A stretch of 53,102 nucleotides of DNA from Trypethelium eluteriae (taxonomy: Eukaryota), in contig JAVECL010000103.1 in the NCBI GenBank assembly GCA_051942245.1, positions 1 through 53,102 of the forward strand, in the 5' to 3' direction. Shown here one piece after another: positions 35,365 to 46,685 of this stretch (positions are counted from its first letter, which is position 1; the number at the start of each line of letters is the position of its first letter). The position numbers and the translations under genes are program-made. Under the pieces are notes generated by a model that made no database searches, had not been told where the DNA came from, and saw only the letters and a program-made list of their open reading frames with translations.

Positions 35365-36967
35365 TCAGATCTTGATGGCCCATTTCCATTTATAGTCTAG
35401 ACATGCCCAACGAGCCATTGAAAACGACACTAGAGCGATTCCGGCCGAAAGAACCATTACGCCGATTAGAACCTCCGAACCCGCAGCCTTTAATACTTCT
35501 CCACCAATTGGTATGGTAAGCAAGTTACTTCTCTTGTCAGTACATTTACTGAGACAGGATCGGAGGTGTCACTCACGCAAAGCTGACCACACAATAGCAG
35601 GTTCCGAAAACTTCTCCGAACCGATCGGCAGTGCAAATTTGACCGATGCAGGAAGGGGCTAGGCTAATGTAACCACCTGTGAAAGCTCCAAAGAGTACTG
35701 CAAAGAGATAAAGGACAGCCAATTTATGACCGACGGAGAACCAGACACCGGCAATGACAATAATACTGGAAGCTATCATGAGGCCCATAGTATTGAAATG
35801 CCCGTACATATCAGCCAGGATGCCACTTGCGTATCGACCAACCGCAGATCCACTAGCATAGGTTAGCAAGCATTTGTCAATAATCCAATATCATCAAGTC
35901 TCAACTCACGCATTAAGAACGGCTATGATTATGAATGCTGTCTGATTACTGAAACCCTGGCCAATAGCATACGTTGGTATTAGACCCAAAGATCCGAACA
36001 AGGTGAACTCTAGACCTACAAATGGTCAATGGTCAATCTGACTTTGACTATACCGATACAACGGAGAAAAGCAATTTGAAGTGCGCAAAACGAAGAGCGA
36101 AACAGATTGCGCAGACGATGATGGAAACTCACAAAATGTTCCCACGGCAGCCCACGCCAATCTCGAGTCCCTTAAGCATCTCGGGTCTATCGCACCACTT
36201 CTCTTCCCGACTGGCAAACGCCCTCTGATCAGTAGATTCGCGACTGCAGTCAAGACCAGCACGACCAAAGCAATCAACCGCATACTCCACTTCCAGCCCA
36301 GCTGATCCAGCGCAGGTCTCAAGATCAAGGGAAATGCAACACCCCCACAACTACTCCCCGCCATCGCAATCCCATTCGCCAAGCCCCTCCGCATGCGAAA
36401 CCAATGACTCAGCACCGCCAGACCGGTCGTCGATAGCGCCGCACAGCAAACGCCCCCCCACACCCCCAACGTCAGCATAAACTGCCAGTACTCGGTACAC
36501 TCGGCCAGCAGCACCAAGCACACCACATACCCCGCACTCGCTATCAGGTTGATCCACCGCGGTCCGTACCGGTCAAACAGCGGCCCGAACTGCACGCCCA
36601 GCAGCAGCGAGAGGAACACGAACACCGATGGGATCCACCCGATCTGCGAGTCCGTGTAGTGCGCGAGCTGGTTCTGTGCCCAGTACGATTGTAGCACTCC
36701 GACTGAGGTCATCAGGCCGAAGGTGCAGGCGAGGATGGAGAAGGCGCCGAGTACGACGAGCCAGGCGTGTAGGCCGCCGTCGGGGAATGCGGTTGCGGCG
36801 GAGGGAGGCGCTTGGGAGTGGTGGTCGAGGGTGGCGAGGGCGTGGATTTCGAAACTGTGGGTGTGGGTTGTGGAAGGGGAAGTTGGGCTTGTGGGAGTTG
36901 TAGTGCTGTGGGGTGAGGTCACAGATGCGGATTCGACGGTTTCGATGGTGGTTGTGGTGGTTGCCAT
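35365..36967 (-). CDS. MFS monocarboxylate-porter (Mch-like) transporter, multi-exon
   Basis: FPDGGLHAWLVVLG, GPLFDRYGPR, HWFRMRRGLANGIAMAGS in exon 1 (donor near 36132); later exons GRYASGILADMYG and IGQICTADRFGEVFGT; last exon ends ..WACLDYKWKWAIKI* at 35365. Confidence 0.88.
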
Positions 36968-37559
36968 GGTGGATTGAGGAGCTGTCTTGTATGATATTGG
37001 GAAGGAATAGAGGGAGAAAAGACTAGAAAGACTGAAATATAGAGAACGAGGAAAAGAAAGTAAGAAGATATGAAATAGAATATCAATGTACTTGAGTCAT
37101 CAAGTCTTTTGTCATGAAGCCACTGGGCTTTGACCCCACCATACCACGCCCTATGAGTGGGGAGATGATATCTTTTCGCATACTTAGTACTTGGGTACGT
37201 TGAGATAGCGCAAAGGGCATTGCCATTGAGCTTGAAAATGTTACGCAATGCTGACTATCTTGTGAATCCGAGCGATCATCACAAGTAGACTTGGTTGATT
37301 AGTCTGCCCTTCGAGCTGTGCGTATTATCTGAAAATGGAGTTGTCATCTACGGTGGACCTACGATCTCGGGGCTGACAGGAATCAGTGCTAGCATCGTCT
37401 GAAGATCTCCGACATCGGCATGAGTCCTAGTCCGGAATAATTCGATGACTTTAGCAGTGGTGCAAGTAGGAGCTGTCTAAGAGGGAGCAAGGATTGAAAC
37501 AGTTGGCACGTCTGGCTTATGTTTAGGCCTGCGTCTGTCGGAATGTGATTTCCGAGAAA

Positions 37560-37880
37560 TTGTTATTAGAGACCATTGAGAAGCAAACCAGAATCTCAGG
37601 AGCCGAGAATCACAACACGTCCTCGAGATCATTACCAGCCAAGACTTACCTGAAGCGAAGACGATCAAGGGAGGCTGAGAAGCTGTTTGCGGAGATTGCA
37701 GCAGTCAGGAAGAGACTAACTGGCCAGGAGAAACGGTCCACATTAGAGTCCATGGGGAGGCTAGCTGCTACCTGCTACTAGCAGTTGAGATATGATGATG
37801 CTGCATGCATATATCACCAAGTACGCAAGAATAGGAAGAAACAATTGAGTAAGAACATCATCTTTGCTTGCAAGATTAAT
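37560..37880 (+). pseudogene. Decayed kinesin-light-chain-type TPR repeats (relic of an NLR/TPR gene)
   Basis: ..RISGAENHNT...AKTY....REAEKLFAEIAAVRKRLTGQEKRSTLESMGRLAATCY*QLRYDDAACIYHQV.. follows the about 42-aa LG.EHP.TL.SM..LA.TY..Q.R..EA repeat, with an in-frame TAG at 37779-37781. Confidence 0.65.
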
Positions 37881-38233
37881 AAGAACTCGCGCGGTCGCAA
37901 ATAGAATATAACCCACGAGATTTGAGAATAGGCTTCTCTTGGATTTCTAGTTCTGAAAATCATTACGGTCGGTCTCTATGTTTAGAAATTGCTCGCAAGA
38001 AAGTGAGAATATTGGCGAAGCTTTCTCGCATTTTCGATATCGGGCTCTTGTATTCAATTCCAGGGCCCCTGCATAGAAGTGACGTGCCGTACCTCATGTT
38101 CTGGTCTTATCGATAGGAAACGCAGCAAACATTGCCAACCAATGAGTTGTTGACTGGCACCCTTCAGGAATCCGAGGACGAAGACCCAGACTCGATTGCT
38201 TACGAACTTAAATTATAGATCTGCGCTCCAGGA

Positions 38234-39519
38234 ATGACAGATCCAGGAAAAAGCGACCTCAAGCCACTTCCGCCTACACCGGTGGCACCTAACGTTGAGC
38301 AGCGGATCATGGAAGGCAAACCGGGTTTACGAACCAACCTTGATCTTGTCAACGAGTGCGACAAGTAAGGCTCGCTCCCTCTCATTTCAGTATCCCCAAT
38401 AATGGAGTAGCTTCTCCATTTCCTGCACCATATCAAAAACCTCCTCAGCCCCAACTAACACTTCCGCCCAGCTTCCCCCACCACGAAACCGACCCTACAG
38501 TCTACGACACCCGCCTCTCCTCCTACTACGCCTTCCGCCTCTCCCGCAGCACCCCAACCCTCGGCTATGTCCTCCCCTTCGTCGCCGAGACCCTACGCGG
38601 CGTCCCCTCCTGGGTCCTCGACGACGACGAGGGCCTCCTCATCCTCCACATCCCGCAGTCCTCGAACCCCTCCTCCCCGAACAATGCCCCAGACTCCGAG
38701 CCCGGGTCCACACACGCAACGGCGGCCGAGCGCAGCGCCGTGATGGCGAGCACTGCCGCTGCGATGCGCGCCACGGGCGCATTCGACGTGCTTAAGGGTT
38801 GGCGGGATGAGCTGTACCCGGTGTATGGCGCGGGAGGGGAGCTGCTGTTCAGTATTGAGAGGGCGGCGTCGCCGTTGTTTGGGGTGGTGACGTATGGGGT
38901 GCATATGACGGTGTTCACGAAGAGCGTGTCTACGTCGTTTGTGGATTCTGGCGGGGAGTTTGGGAGTAAGAAGGAGGGGGAGGAGCAGATCAAGATTTGG
39001 GTGCCGCGAAGGGCGAAGAGCAAGCAGACGTATGGGGGTTTCTTAGATAATTCGGTGGCAGGGGGAATTGCGGCGGGGGAGCCGGCGTTTGAGTGTTTGG
39101 TGAGGGAGGCAGAGGAAGAAGCGTCGTTGCCGGCGGAGTTGGTGAGGAGGAGAACGAAGGCGGTGGGGACGGTGTCCTATTTTCACGTTAGGGATAAGAT
39201 GGCGGGAGGAGAGGCAGGATTTTTGCAGCCGGAGTGTCAGTTCGTGTATGATCTGGAGTTGAAGGAAGAGGATCGGTTGGAGCTGAGGCCGAGTGACGAC
39301 GAGGTGGAAGGGTTCACTTTAATGGAGGTGGAAAAGGTCAAGGAGGCTCTGGCGAAAGGAGAGTTCAAGCCAAATTGTGCGCTTGTGCTTCTGGATTTCT
39401 TCGTCAGGCATGGACTACTGGATTGTGACAATGAGGAGAATTATATTGAGATTGTGAGTCGAATGCACAGGGGTTTCGAATTTCCGATACTACGGACTGG
39501 GCGGCAGGCGCCTGAATGA
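38234..39519 (+). CDS. Nudix hydrolase, thiamine pyrophosphate-related (yeast YJR142W-like)
   Basis: join(38234..38364,38472..39519); alternative start 38309. LDLVNECDNFP, GWRDELYPVY, IERAASPLFGVVTYGVHM, Nudix box GGIAAGE..CLVREAEEEASL, FKPNCALV. Confidence 0.88.
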
Positions 39520-39746
39520 AATATTTGAAAGGCTCAAAAGACCTAGCACCGCCATTCGGGTATCTGATCAGGTATTGATTCCCATGGAAATCTCCAAGAT
39601 TCTTGCACAAGTTCATGATGGGCTAAGAACTGTCTGTTGCTATTCATGTCTATGCAAACTCAGAGTCGAATCCTTCACACTGTGCACAATACAATTGGCT
39701 CTCTAGATGGCCAGGAAAGCAGCTTTTGGGTCGAAGTCTTGTCGCT

Positions 39747-40100
39747 TCATTGAAAGTAGTCGATGAAGTCCTCCACAGACACATTGGTGGTACGCAGCTC
39801 GACGGAGAATGAGCTGAAGTCGGGTATAACCTCGCAAGGGGAGGCAGAAGCTCGACTAGGTCGTAGGAAGACTGTTCTGGTTGTTCTCAAACGATTCGAA
39901 GGAGGGCTCTGCGCCTGTGTCTGCTCCGGATCGAACAAGTACTCTGACAAGTTGGTGCTGCATGATGCGATACTCGACAAGCTGAAGTCGGGAAGGGTCT
40001 CGCGACGGAGGGTCGGCCCATTCTCACCTTCGACCATGAGTGTCTGGCTATCGTTGAGGGCATCGAGTGCCTCCGAAATCATATTCATCCTCAAGATCAT
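39747..40100 (-). CDS. Hypothetical 117-aa ORF whose ATG overlaps the RPB8 stop codon; internal PDFS repeat
   Basis: ATG 40100-40098 overlaps TGA 40099-40097; two similar segments LPDFSLSSIASCSTNLSEYLFD and IPDFSSFSVELRTTNVSVEDFIDYF. No family recognised. Confidence 0.35.
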   Translation of the reverse strand: MILRMNMISEALDALNDSQTLMVEGENGPTLRRETLPDFSLSSIASCSTNLSEYLFDPEQTQAQSPPSNRLRTTRTVFLRPSRASASPCEVIPDFSSFSVELRTTNVSVEDFIDYFQ

Positions 40101-40579
40101 CGCTTCATAAGTAGATAGACAGAGTCAATCCTCAGCCCCGTGAGCTTTTTGTAGGGTCCATCTATTTTGAGTAGAAGACCACCGAAAGATACGAAGACAG
40201 AACTGGAGTAATGGTCAGGACTGATTACCTCGATTCGAACACAATGGTGCACATACATATCATCGTTCTGGCCCTCATCAAACCGATATATTTTCCCATG
40301 ACAAACGTAGTCGTACATATCAGCCAAACCTGCTTCACCAGGCTTTGGCTCTCTCCATCCTTTCTCGTCATCCTTTGTACCGTCGAGATTCAATGTCGAA
40401 GCAAGCAATAATGTGACCGTTTCCCCTACTTGGATTGGATACAGGTCAGTGTTGATGTCGAGCGATATTTTGACCGAGTGATCGGGGCTGTTTCCAGTAA
40501 TTCGAGAGACTCGGTCATACTTTTGAGGGTCCGAGCTGGTAATACTGAATTGATCTTCAAAAAGTTGAGCGTCCGCCAT
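40097..40579 (-). CDS. RPB8: RNA polymerases I/II/III shared subunit RPABC3
   Basis: LFED.F, KYDRVSRI, LDINTDLYP, LADMYDYVCHGKIY, SFGGLL; a 54-nt in-frame intron at 40203-40256 (GTATGT..CTGAC..CAG) is retained in the ORF track. Confidence 0.96.
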   Translation of the reverse strand: MADAQLFEDQFSITSSDPQKYDRVSRITGNSPDHSVKISLDINTDLYPIQVGETVTLLLASTLNLDGTKDDEKGWREPKPGEAGLADMYDYVCHGKIYRFDEGQNDDMYVHHCVRIEVISPDHYSSSVFVSFGGLLLKIDGPYKKLTGLRIDSVYLLMKR

Positions 40580-40859
40580 GATGAACTTGCCAGGAGACCG
40601 GGGAAATCGAGATGTGAACGCTCCTAACCACAGTTACAGGGCTCAGTCCTTAAGTTAAAGTCGACAGCGATCGAGGGGGGCAGAGATCATGTAAGGCAAA
40701 GGCGCATCGCTTGCACCTTGGCTCAGAGTGAGGATGTGGTGAGGTCGTGTTTCGTTGCTGCGGGACGAGGAATTTCTCAAGAGATCCATGAGGCCCGAGC
40801 TTCATCCCACCTTCCAAAAGTTCCCACCTGCGAGCAGCCCTTCCAAGCACAATTCGCTA

Positions 40860-42112
40860 ATGGCTTTCCGCAAGAGAAATGTAGCGATAGGCCGAACTAC
40901 ACAGTCCTCCGGCTCTGAGCATTCTGATTCGACTCAGAATGGATCTCCGTCGTCTTTCCCTGGAACTCGACCCTCACCAATCGACGGCCGGTTAACCACC
41001 TCAACTGGAACTGCTTCTCTTGATTCTATTACTGGTCATGCAGGGCTTCCAGTCGGACACTCGATCCTGGTAGAAGAAAGTGGAACAACAGATTATGGAG
41101 GCGTACTACTCAAATACTTCGCTGCAGAGGGTCTTTCTCAAGGACATAGAGTTTTGGTGGCAGGTCTAGGGGAGCAATGGGGAAGGGAACTGCCTGGCAT
41201 AGTTGCAGCCGAAGCAGGTGATGCAACAAAGAAGATAGCCAAGGATAGAGATGCCGATAAGATGAAGATTGCATGGCGTTACGAAAACTTGGGCGAATTT
41301 GGTGCAAGTGGAAGAGGTGTGTCGATATATAGCATGAATGATATCTATTCCTGGCAATTCTGCAACTAAATGTTCTGGTGCTGATATCAATTTCAGCACC
41401 AGAACGAGCATCTTCATCCAACTCAGCCATTGCGGAGGATCAGCCTTCGGTTTTCTGCCACACGTTTGACCTCACAAAGCGCTTTATTCTACCTCAGGAG
41501 AATCCGATTACCTACATTCAGCTCTCGTCTGCTCCTGCAGTGTCGCCTTTTGCACCCATCTTGACGACGCTGTCCCAGTCATTAAGCAATTCGTCACCAG
41601 ACATTATTCATCGTCTCGTCGTTCCCGCCATACTCTCGCCCGGCCTCTATCCTCCTCATTCTACCAATCCGTCACATGTGTTGCAATTCCTGCACTCCTT
41701 AAGATCGATACTTAGAGTGCACTCAAGTCGCCTAGCCACCATGCTGAGTATTCCTTTGGACCTCCATCCTCGGACCTCGTCTCTAACCCGTTGGATGGAG
41801 CATCTCTGCGACGGAGTCATTACCTTACTGCCATTTCCTCATGACGTCTCACTGGCGGCGAGTTCTGGCGCTGCAACGCAAAAGGAAGAGAAACCGCAAG
41901 GATTGGTGAAAGTATTGAAGGTACCAGTCCAGACGGAACGAGGCATGGGCGGTATGTTTGGTGGGGAGGGAGGCGAGGACCTCGCCTTTACAGTGAGCCG
42001 AAAGAGATTTGCGATCAGAGCATTCAGCTTGCCCCCTGTAGAGGGAGACGAGGAAGGGCAAAGAGGTGGAGGAGAAGGTGGAGGATTGACCGGGAAAGAC
42101 ATGGAATTTTGA
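40860..42112 (+). CDS. ELP4: Elongator complex subunit 4 (PAXNEB family)
   Basis: join(40860..41316,41397..42112). MAFRKRN, GTRPSPIDGRLTTSTGTASLD, EESGTTDYG, KMKIAWRYE, FCHTFDLTKR, FSLPP. Confidence 0.93.
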
Positions 42113-42216
42113 TCGAGATGGTCGCCAGAGACCAAGACCGGACGGACCTGGAAATGGAACGTAATTAATCCATCCCGTGGCTCAAAGGGCAGAGAGTTGA
42201 CAAGGGCTGGTAATGA

Positions 42217-42546
42217 TTAGACTTCTCCATCTTCAGATTCTTCCCAATCGTCCTCAAGCATCTCTTCCATTTCGATCTGCTCCCAGCCAGACTGAGCTGC
42301 GCCAGACGTCATGGTCCGAGCGAATAGTCGTCCATAGGACCCCTGACGGACGTCAAGTGGGACTCCAGAGATACGAGCGCGCAAATTGTCACCGAGACAG
42401 GAGGACAGAGCCAAGTACGCTGATCAATTGCGATAAGCTGCTGCCCAAAGAAGAATTGCGCGTTTGAATTTTCGGGTGTTTTACATACCTACGAAAAGAG
42501 TCAATGGAAAGAAGAGTAGCAGTCCGAGAAGCAGAAAAATATTCAT
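42217..42546 (-). CDS. Small single-TM protein, about 86 aa, only partly captured by the ORF track
   Basis: join(42546..42489,42419..42217), intron 42420-42488 GTATGT..CAG, gives MNIFLLLGLLLFFPLTLFVAYLALSSCLGDNLRARISG..GWEQIEMEEMLEDDWEESEDGEV*. Confidence 0.6.
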
Positions 42547-43155
42547 TCTCTACAAGCTTGGAGTTGATATGGCGAAAAGCTTCAAATATCTGCTACCTCA
42601 ATTTTCCTCTCGATGTCGCAGCTTATCTGCAAGAACGTTCAATTCTCAAGGGAGCTTATGAAGGTTTCAGGCTCGTGACGAAGGTCATATAGAATTTCGA
42701 CATGACTTTGTTAGTGTGTGTTGAAAAGGGAGTCGAGGACTGTGCTGGCGGGACCATCGTATGCATTTCTGACCGGTGCTGCCGTCATTTCGCCTATCCA
42801 CCACAAACATGTCCTGATTTTCGGCAGCGCAAATAATCCACCTTTCTGTCAACCTCTCAGAGGAAAAGCGCCACATCGCATCTGCATTGCCGCTAATCAA
42901 ATTCTGCCCTTGAAGCAGATGTCTGCCAGTAAGTGTAAGTTCATTTCCTCCTTCTATATTATGTCCTAATCCAATGATTAAATTAAAACTCATCAATCTG
43001 TCAATCTTCTGAATTTTGATGACGATACCAACTATGCTCATTATGATACCTACAAGTCGAGCGCGAATAATGGAAGAGTCAGTGTCTATACCTAAGGACT
43101 TACTGATAGTTCCCTTACTAGATAACATCGCCTTATCTCTGGCAGGACTCAGGCG

Positions 43156-44115
43156 ATGGCCACAGCAGTTACTTTACCTGTCCCCATTTCACAGGTTGCT
43201 GGACGTTACTTTCTCTACAACGCAGACGTAGTAACATTCATCCGACGTGAGCACCACATTACAGGTGTTTTGATTGGCAATCTCCCGCAGGCTCCGCAGC
43301 AGAATGTCTTTTCTGGTATTCCCTCTGAGCTTATGCCGGAAGAGGTGAGATTATTAGTAGAAAAGAAGGTTGCCTACGTCATCGAAGATGCTGCCCGTCA
43401 TCGAAACGCTTTTCGCAATATGAGTGGCTCGGAGAGAATGGCCGTCTTGGCAGCGTTTGACAAACAAGGCCGCGAAGCTGCTCGAAAAGCTCAAAACAAA
43501 GCTAGCAAACGACAAGAAGAAGCACTGAAACGGAAAGGAATGACTGCTGCTCCGAAAGTACGGAATGACTCAAGAGCTAGTGCATCGTCAGAAGCCGGCG
43601 TGGATGAAGACGAGATATTGTTTGCGTCACCAGCAAACTCCTTTCCAACACCAACCTTGGCCTCCACGGCATCGCAAGCATCAGTATCTGTGAATGAGTC
43701 CAAACCGTTCGGGATCACACCTGCAATGTCATATCCAGCTCTTTCTCCACCGACGCCTCCTTCCGAGTCCTGGCCAACATCGATTCCAGAGGCACCACCT
43801 TCTTATCCACTTTTTAAATATCTTCACGACAAGGGATACTTTCTTAGCCCTGGTTTACGTTTCGGTGCGCAATACATGGCATATCCAGGTGACCCGCTTC
43901 GCTTTCATTCTCATTTTCTAGCAGTGGGCAAAGAATGGGAAGAGGAGTGGGAGCTGGGCGAGCTTGTTGGTGGAGGACGTTTAGGGACTGGCGTGAAGAA
44001 AGGATTCCTCGTCGGTGGAACTGCTACTGACAGTGTGAGCAAGGACAGTAACACACATGAAGGTCTAGGTGACCAAGGCGTCAGAGCATTTTGCGTCGAG
44101 TGGAGTGGAATGTGA
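43156..44115 (+). CDS. SEN34: tRNA-splicing endonuclease catalytic subunit Sen34, 319 aa
   Basis: RREHHITGVLIG.LPQ.PQQNVF.G.P.ELMPEE; GYFLSPGLRFGAQYMAYPGDPLRFHSHF; GRLGTGVKK (Tyr/His/Lys triad). Confidence 0.95.
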   Translation: MATAVTLPVPISQVAGRYFLYNADVVTFIRREHHITGVLIGNLPQAPQQNVFSGIPSELMPEEVRLLVEKKVAYVIEDAARHRNAFRNMSGSERMAVLAAFDKQGREAARKAQNKASKRQEEALKRKGMTAAPKVRNDSRASASSEAGVDEDEILFASPANSFPTPTLASTASQASVSVNESKPFGITPAMSYPALSPPTPPSESWPTSIPEAPPSYPLFKYLHDKGYFLSPGLRFGAQYMAYPGDPLRFHSHFLAVGKEWEEEWELGELVGGGRLGTGVKKGFLVGGTATDSVSKDSNTHEGLGDQGVRAFCVEWSGM

Positions 44116-45351
44116 ATATATTCATCCAACAGCCGGATACCCTTAATCCGTAACGCATGAGCGCACGCAATCGCTCCATCTGAGCAAATGCATGGAACAT
44201 CCAGGGAGTCTCAACGGAATCCGTCCCAAAATGTCTAAATCCCAGACAGAAAGAAACCGGTCAAGGCTGGGCACCAACAGCACCTTCTCGTATGGACCAT
44301 TTGCCTCGAGGACCGATGATGAGCAATGATCGACTGTTGAGGATTGCTTGAGATCAAGAAATGTGTCAGCCGAAGCTGATACGCTGGCTTGACGGTGCAA
44401 CATCTGCTGAACACGCGCCCTTTGTGCGGGGCTTATGCGTCGGTGCGTACTGTAGCACCAGACCCATTCGTATGCGCGTAGCCAAAGCCAACCCTGGGGG
44501 GACTATATGCTACGCCAGACGTTGACTGGCACAAGAGCTGACATGGTAAGTCTCTCAAGGATCTCTACGACAATGGCGCGTCTTGCGCCAACAACCATAT
44601 GCTACGCCTTGGGGAGAACATGCTCGTGGCTTGCTCTATGTCGGTAATTGAGTCTATCTTTTAGTCGGTCTCTCGTAACTTATATAACTGCCCCACGCCT
44701 CGTGCGGGCCCTGTGAGTATCCTTGCGCACACTGTAAGGGATATGAATCATTATATGGACAAGATCGTGCCTTGTGTGATCATCGTTGTCTTTCACGCCT
44801 ACGACATTGGTGGCAAGGCGAGCACCATTATAAAGACCACGCAGGCGCACCTGACTATCCAGAAGTACATCGACATGATCCTTGGTAGTCTGGTCTACCA
44901 TCACAAGCTGCTGTACCTTAGCTTCTACGGTATCAAGACGTGTAATATTATTGCGTTCGAGCCGCTAGTGGACGAGCTATGCAGTACGCGTTCGACCAGC
45001 GCAACAACATAGTCTTCCTCGGACGAGACGTCTTGACCTGACTGTGCAGTGCGTCTCGGATGCCCAGCCTACTGGTCAAGCCACAGGTAAAGCTATAACT
45101 TTCTTCCCTCCGGACAACAGAGACCATTGCCAGTGGAGCTCACATACAAGCATTGTCAACGAATGGCTGGATTTCCAGTTTGAGATATGAAATTTGCACA
45201 TTCCGAGTGCATTGGAACTATAGCTACGGAAAAATGGCTTAAAGGTCCTTTGCTCCGCATACTGCCCATTCCGGTATCACAAAGAGCCAATTCTCACCAT
45301 CATCTCAACTATCACGGAGCTCACGCACTACGATGACGTCCCGAGACTTAA

Positions 45352-46170
45352 TCAATAGGAGCCCATGAGCCCACCCCAAAACCCGCCAGGGTACATCATT
45401 TGAGGATGATAAAAGTCCTCAGGATAAAGAGTTCCGCCGAACATTGCTCCCGGATGCCACGACTTCCCAGAATGGCTCCAACCAGGATAGTGGCCCTCTG
45501 CTTCCTCTTGCCCGTCAAGCAAATAGAGTCTCCCCTTATAAATTCTGTTCAGGATCTTCGCACATTTCACAAAACTTGGTCCATGGTAGCAGGGTTGGCC
45601 TCTCATGTTGTACTCATGATCATTTCCCGATGTCATGACGATAAGGTATGCATGAAGCATTTCGTGTATGAGCGAACCGAGAATGAAGAAGAGAGGTGGG
45701 CGTCCTCTGCACAGATCCTCGTAGTATAACGTGATTCTCACTCGAGAACAGCTTCTCGAAGGCTGTTCGGTCACAGCAAGGTTGCCGGGCCGCGTCGCGT
45801 GCGGTTGCCATCTCAAATAAACGCGCCGACAGAGTTCCATGTTGAAGAAACATATGTCAAGATCATTGAAGACTTTGAAGACGATGTCTGGATACCAGTC
45901 CCTAGATCTTCCGTTGTCCTTGTCTTCAAAGAACCCACAGAGTCGAGACGCCGCCTCGCCGAATTCTTCTTGTGTCCAGCTATGGCAATACGATTCGTTC
46001 TTAATGTATCGGACAAAGCCGGCAGCTACTTCTGCTACTGGACGGCTGTGCGCGGGATATGGACGCCAGCCTTTGCCTCCCGGCCGAAGGTTAGCGTTTT
46101 GCAGAACTTCCAGCTCCTCGTCGGTTATTGGATATTGAGTTCCGGAGTGTGAATTTACTATCCCTGGCAT
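45352..46170 (-). CDS. SprT-like zinc metalloprotease (HExxH), 272 aa
   Basis: VFNDLDICFF...L, RVYLRW, SLIHEMLHAYL, and third ligand YHGPSF..CA; intronless; Gly/Pro/aromatic tail. Confidence 0.75.
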   Translation of the reverse strand: MPGIVNSHSGTQYPITDEELEVLQNANLRPGGKGWRPYPAHSRPVAEVAAGFVRYIKNESYCHSWTQEEFGEAASRLCGFFEDKDNGRSRDWYPDIVFKVFNDLDICFFNMELCRRVYLRWQPHATRPGNLAVTEQPSRSCSRVRITLYYEDLCRGRPPLFFILGSLIHEMLHAYLIVMTSGNDHEYNMRGQPCYHGPSFVKCAKILNRIYKGRLYLLDGQEEAEGHYPGWSHSGKSWHPGAMFGGTLYPEDFYHPQMMYPGGFWGGLMGSY

Positions 46171-46685
46171 CTCTGGAATGGGAGCTCAAATTTGACTCTA
46201 AAAGAATATTGAAGGAGCATAAATGAGGATGATTCATGAAGCGCAGCGAAGAATGTTGTATCCGTAAATGATGATTCTGGTGGACTCAAAAAGATTTCCT
46301 GCTAAGCGGAGTACATGGATGACCATTATCCAAGACATGCCAAGCAAGCGTCTTAGCTTGAAGTTTAAGGTGCTAAATTTCCTGCTATTTCGGTCACGCA
46401 AATGCGTCATGTGCGCTTTCTCGAAGCCAAAACATTTAACAAAGAAAGACAGCTCGTTGGAGCAGCACCTATAGTGCTATATCTGAACGCCAAGATCTGC
46501 TCTTAAGCTCCTAAGATCAAGTTAATGCGCCAATACCGCCTCGGTGGTCGCAGGTCAAATGATATTTGCACAGCTGAGGTAATCTACGATTCTTACATCC
46601 CAGTGCCGATGTTGGAATCACTATGAAGCTTGGAATGTTCTGCTTGCGTGACTTGACCCATCTCAGACGAGAAAGAAGAGCTTGG

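Noticed and set aside
44143..45012. Short ORFs downstream of SEN34, including a GAYCSTRPIRM segment faintly like an RRM end
   Set aside because: Multiple stops and too little similarity to call even a pseudogene family.
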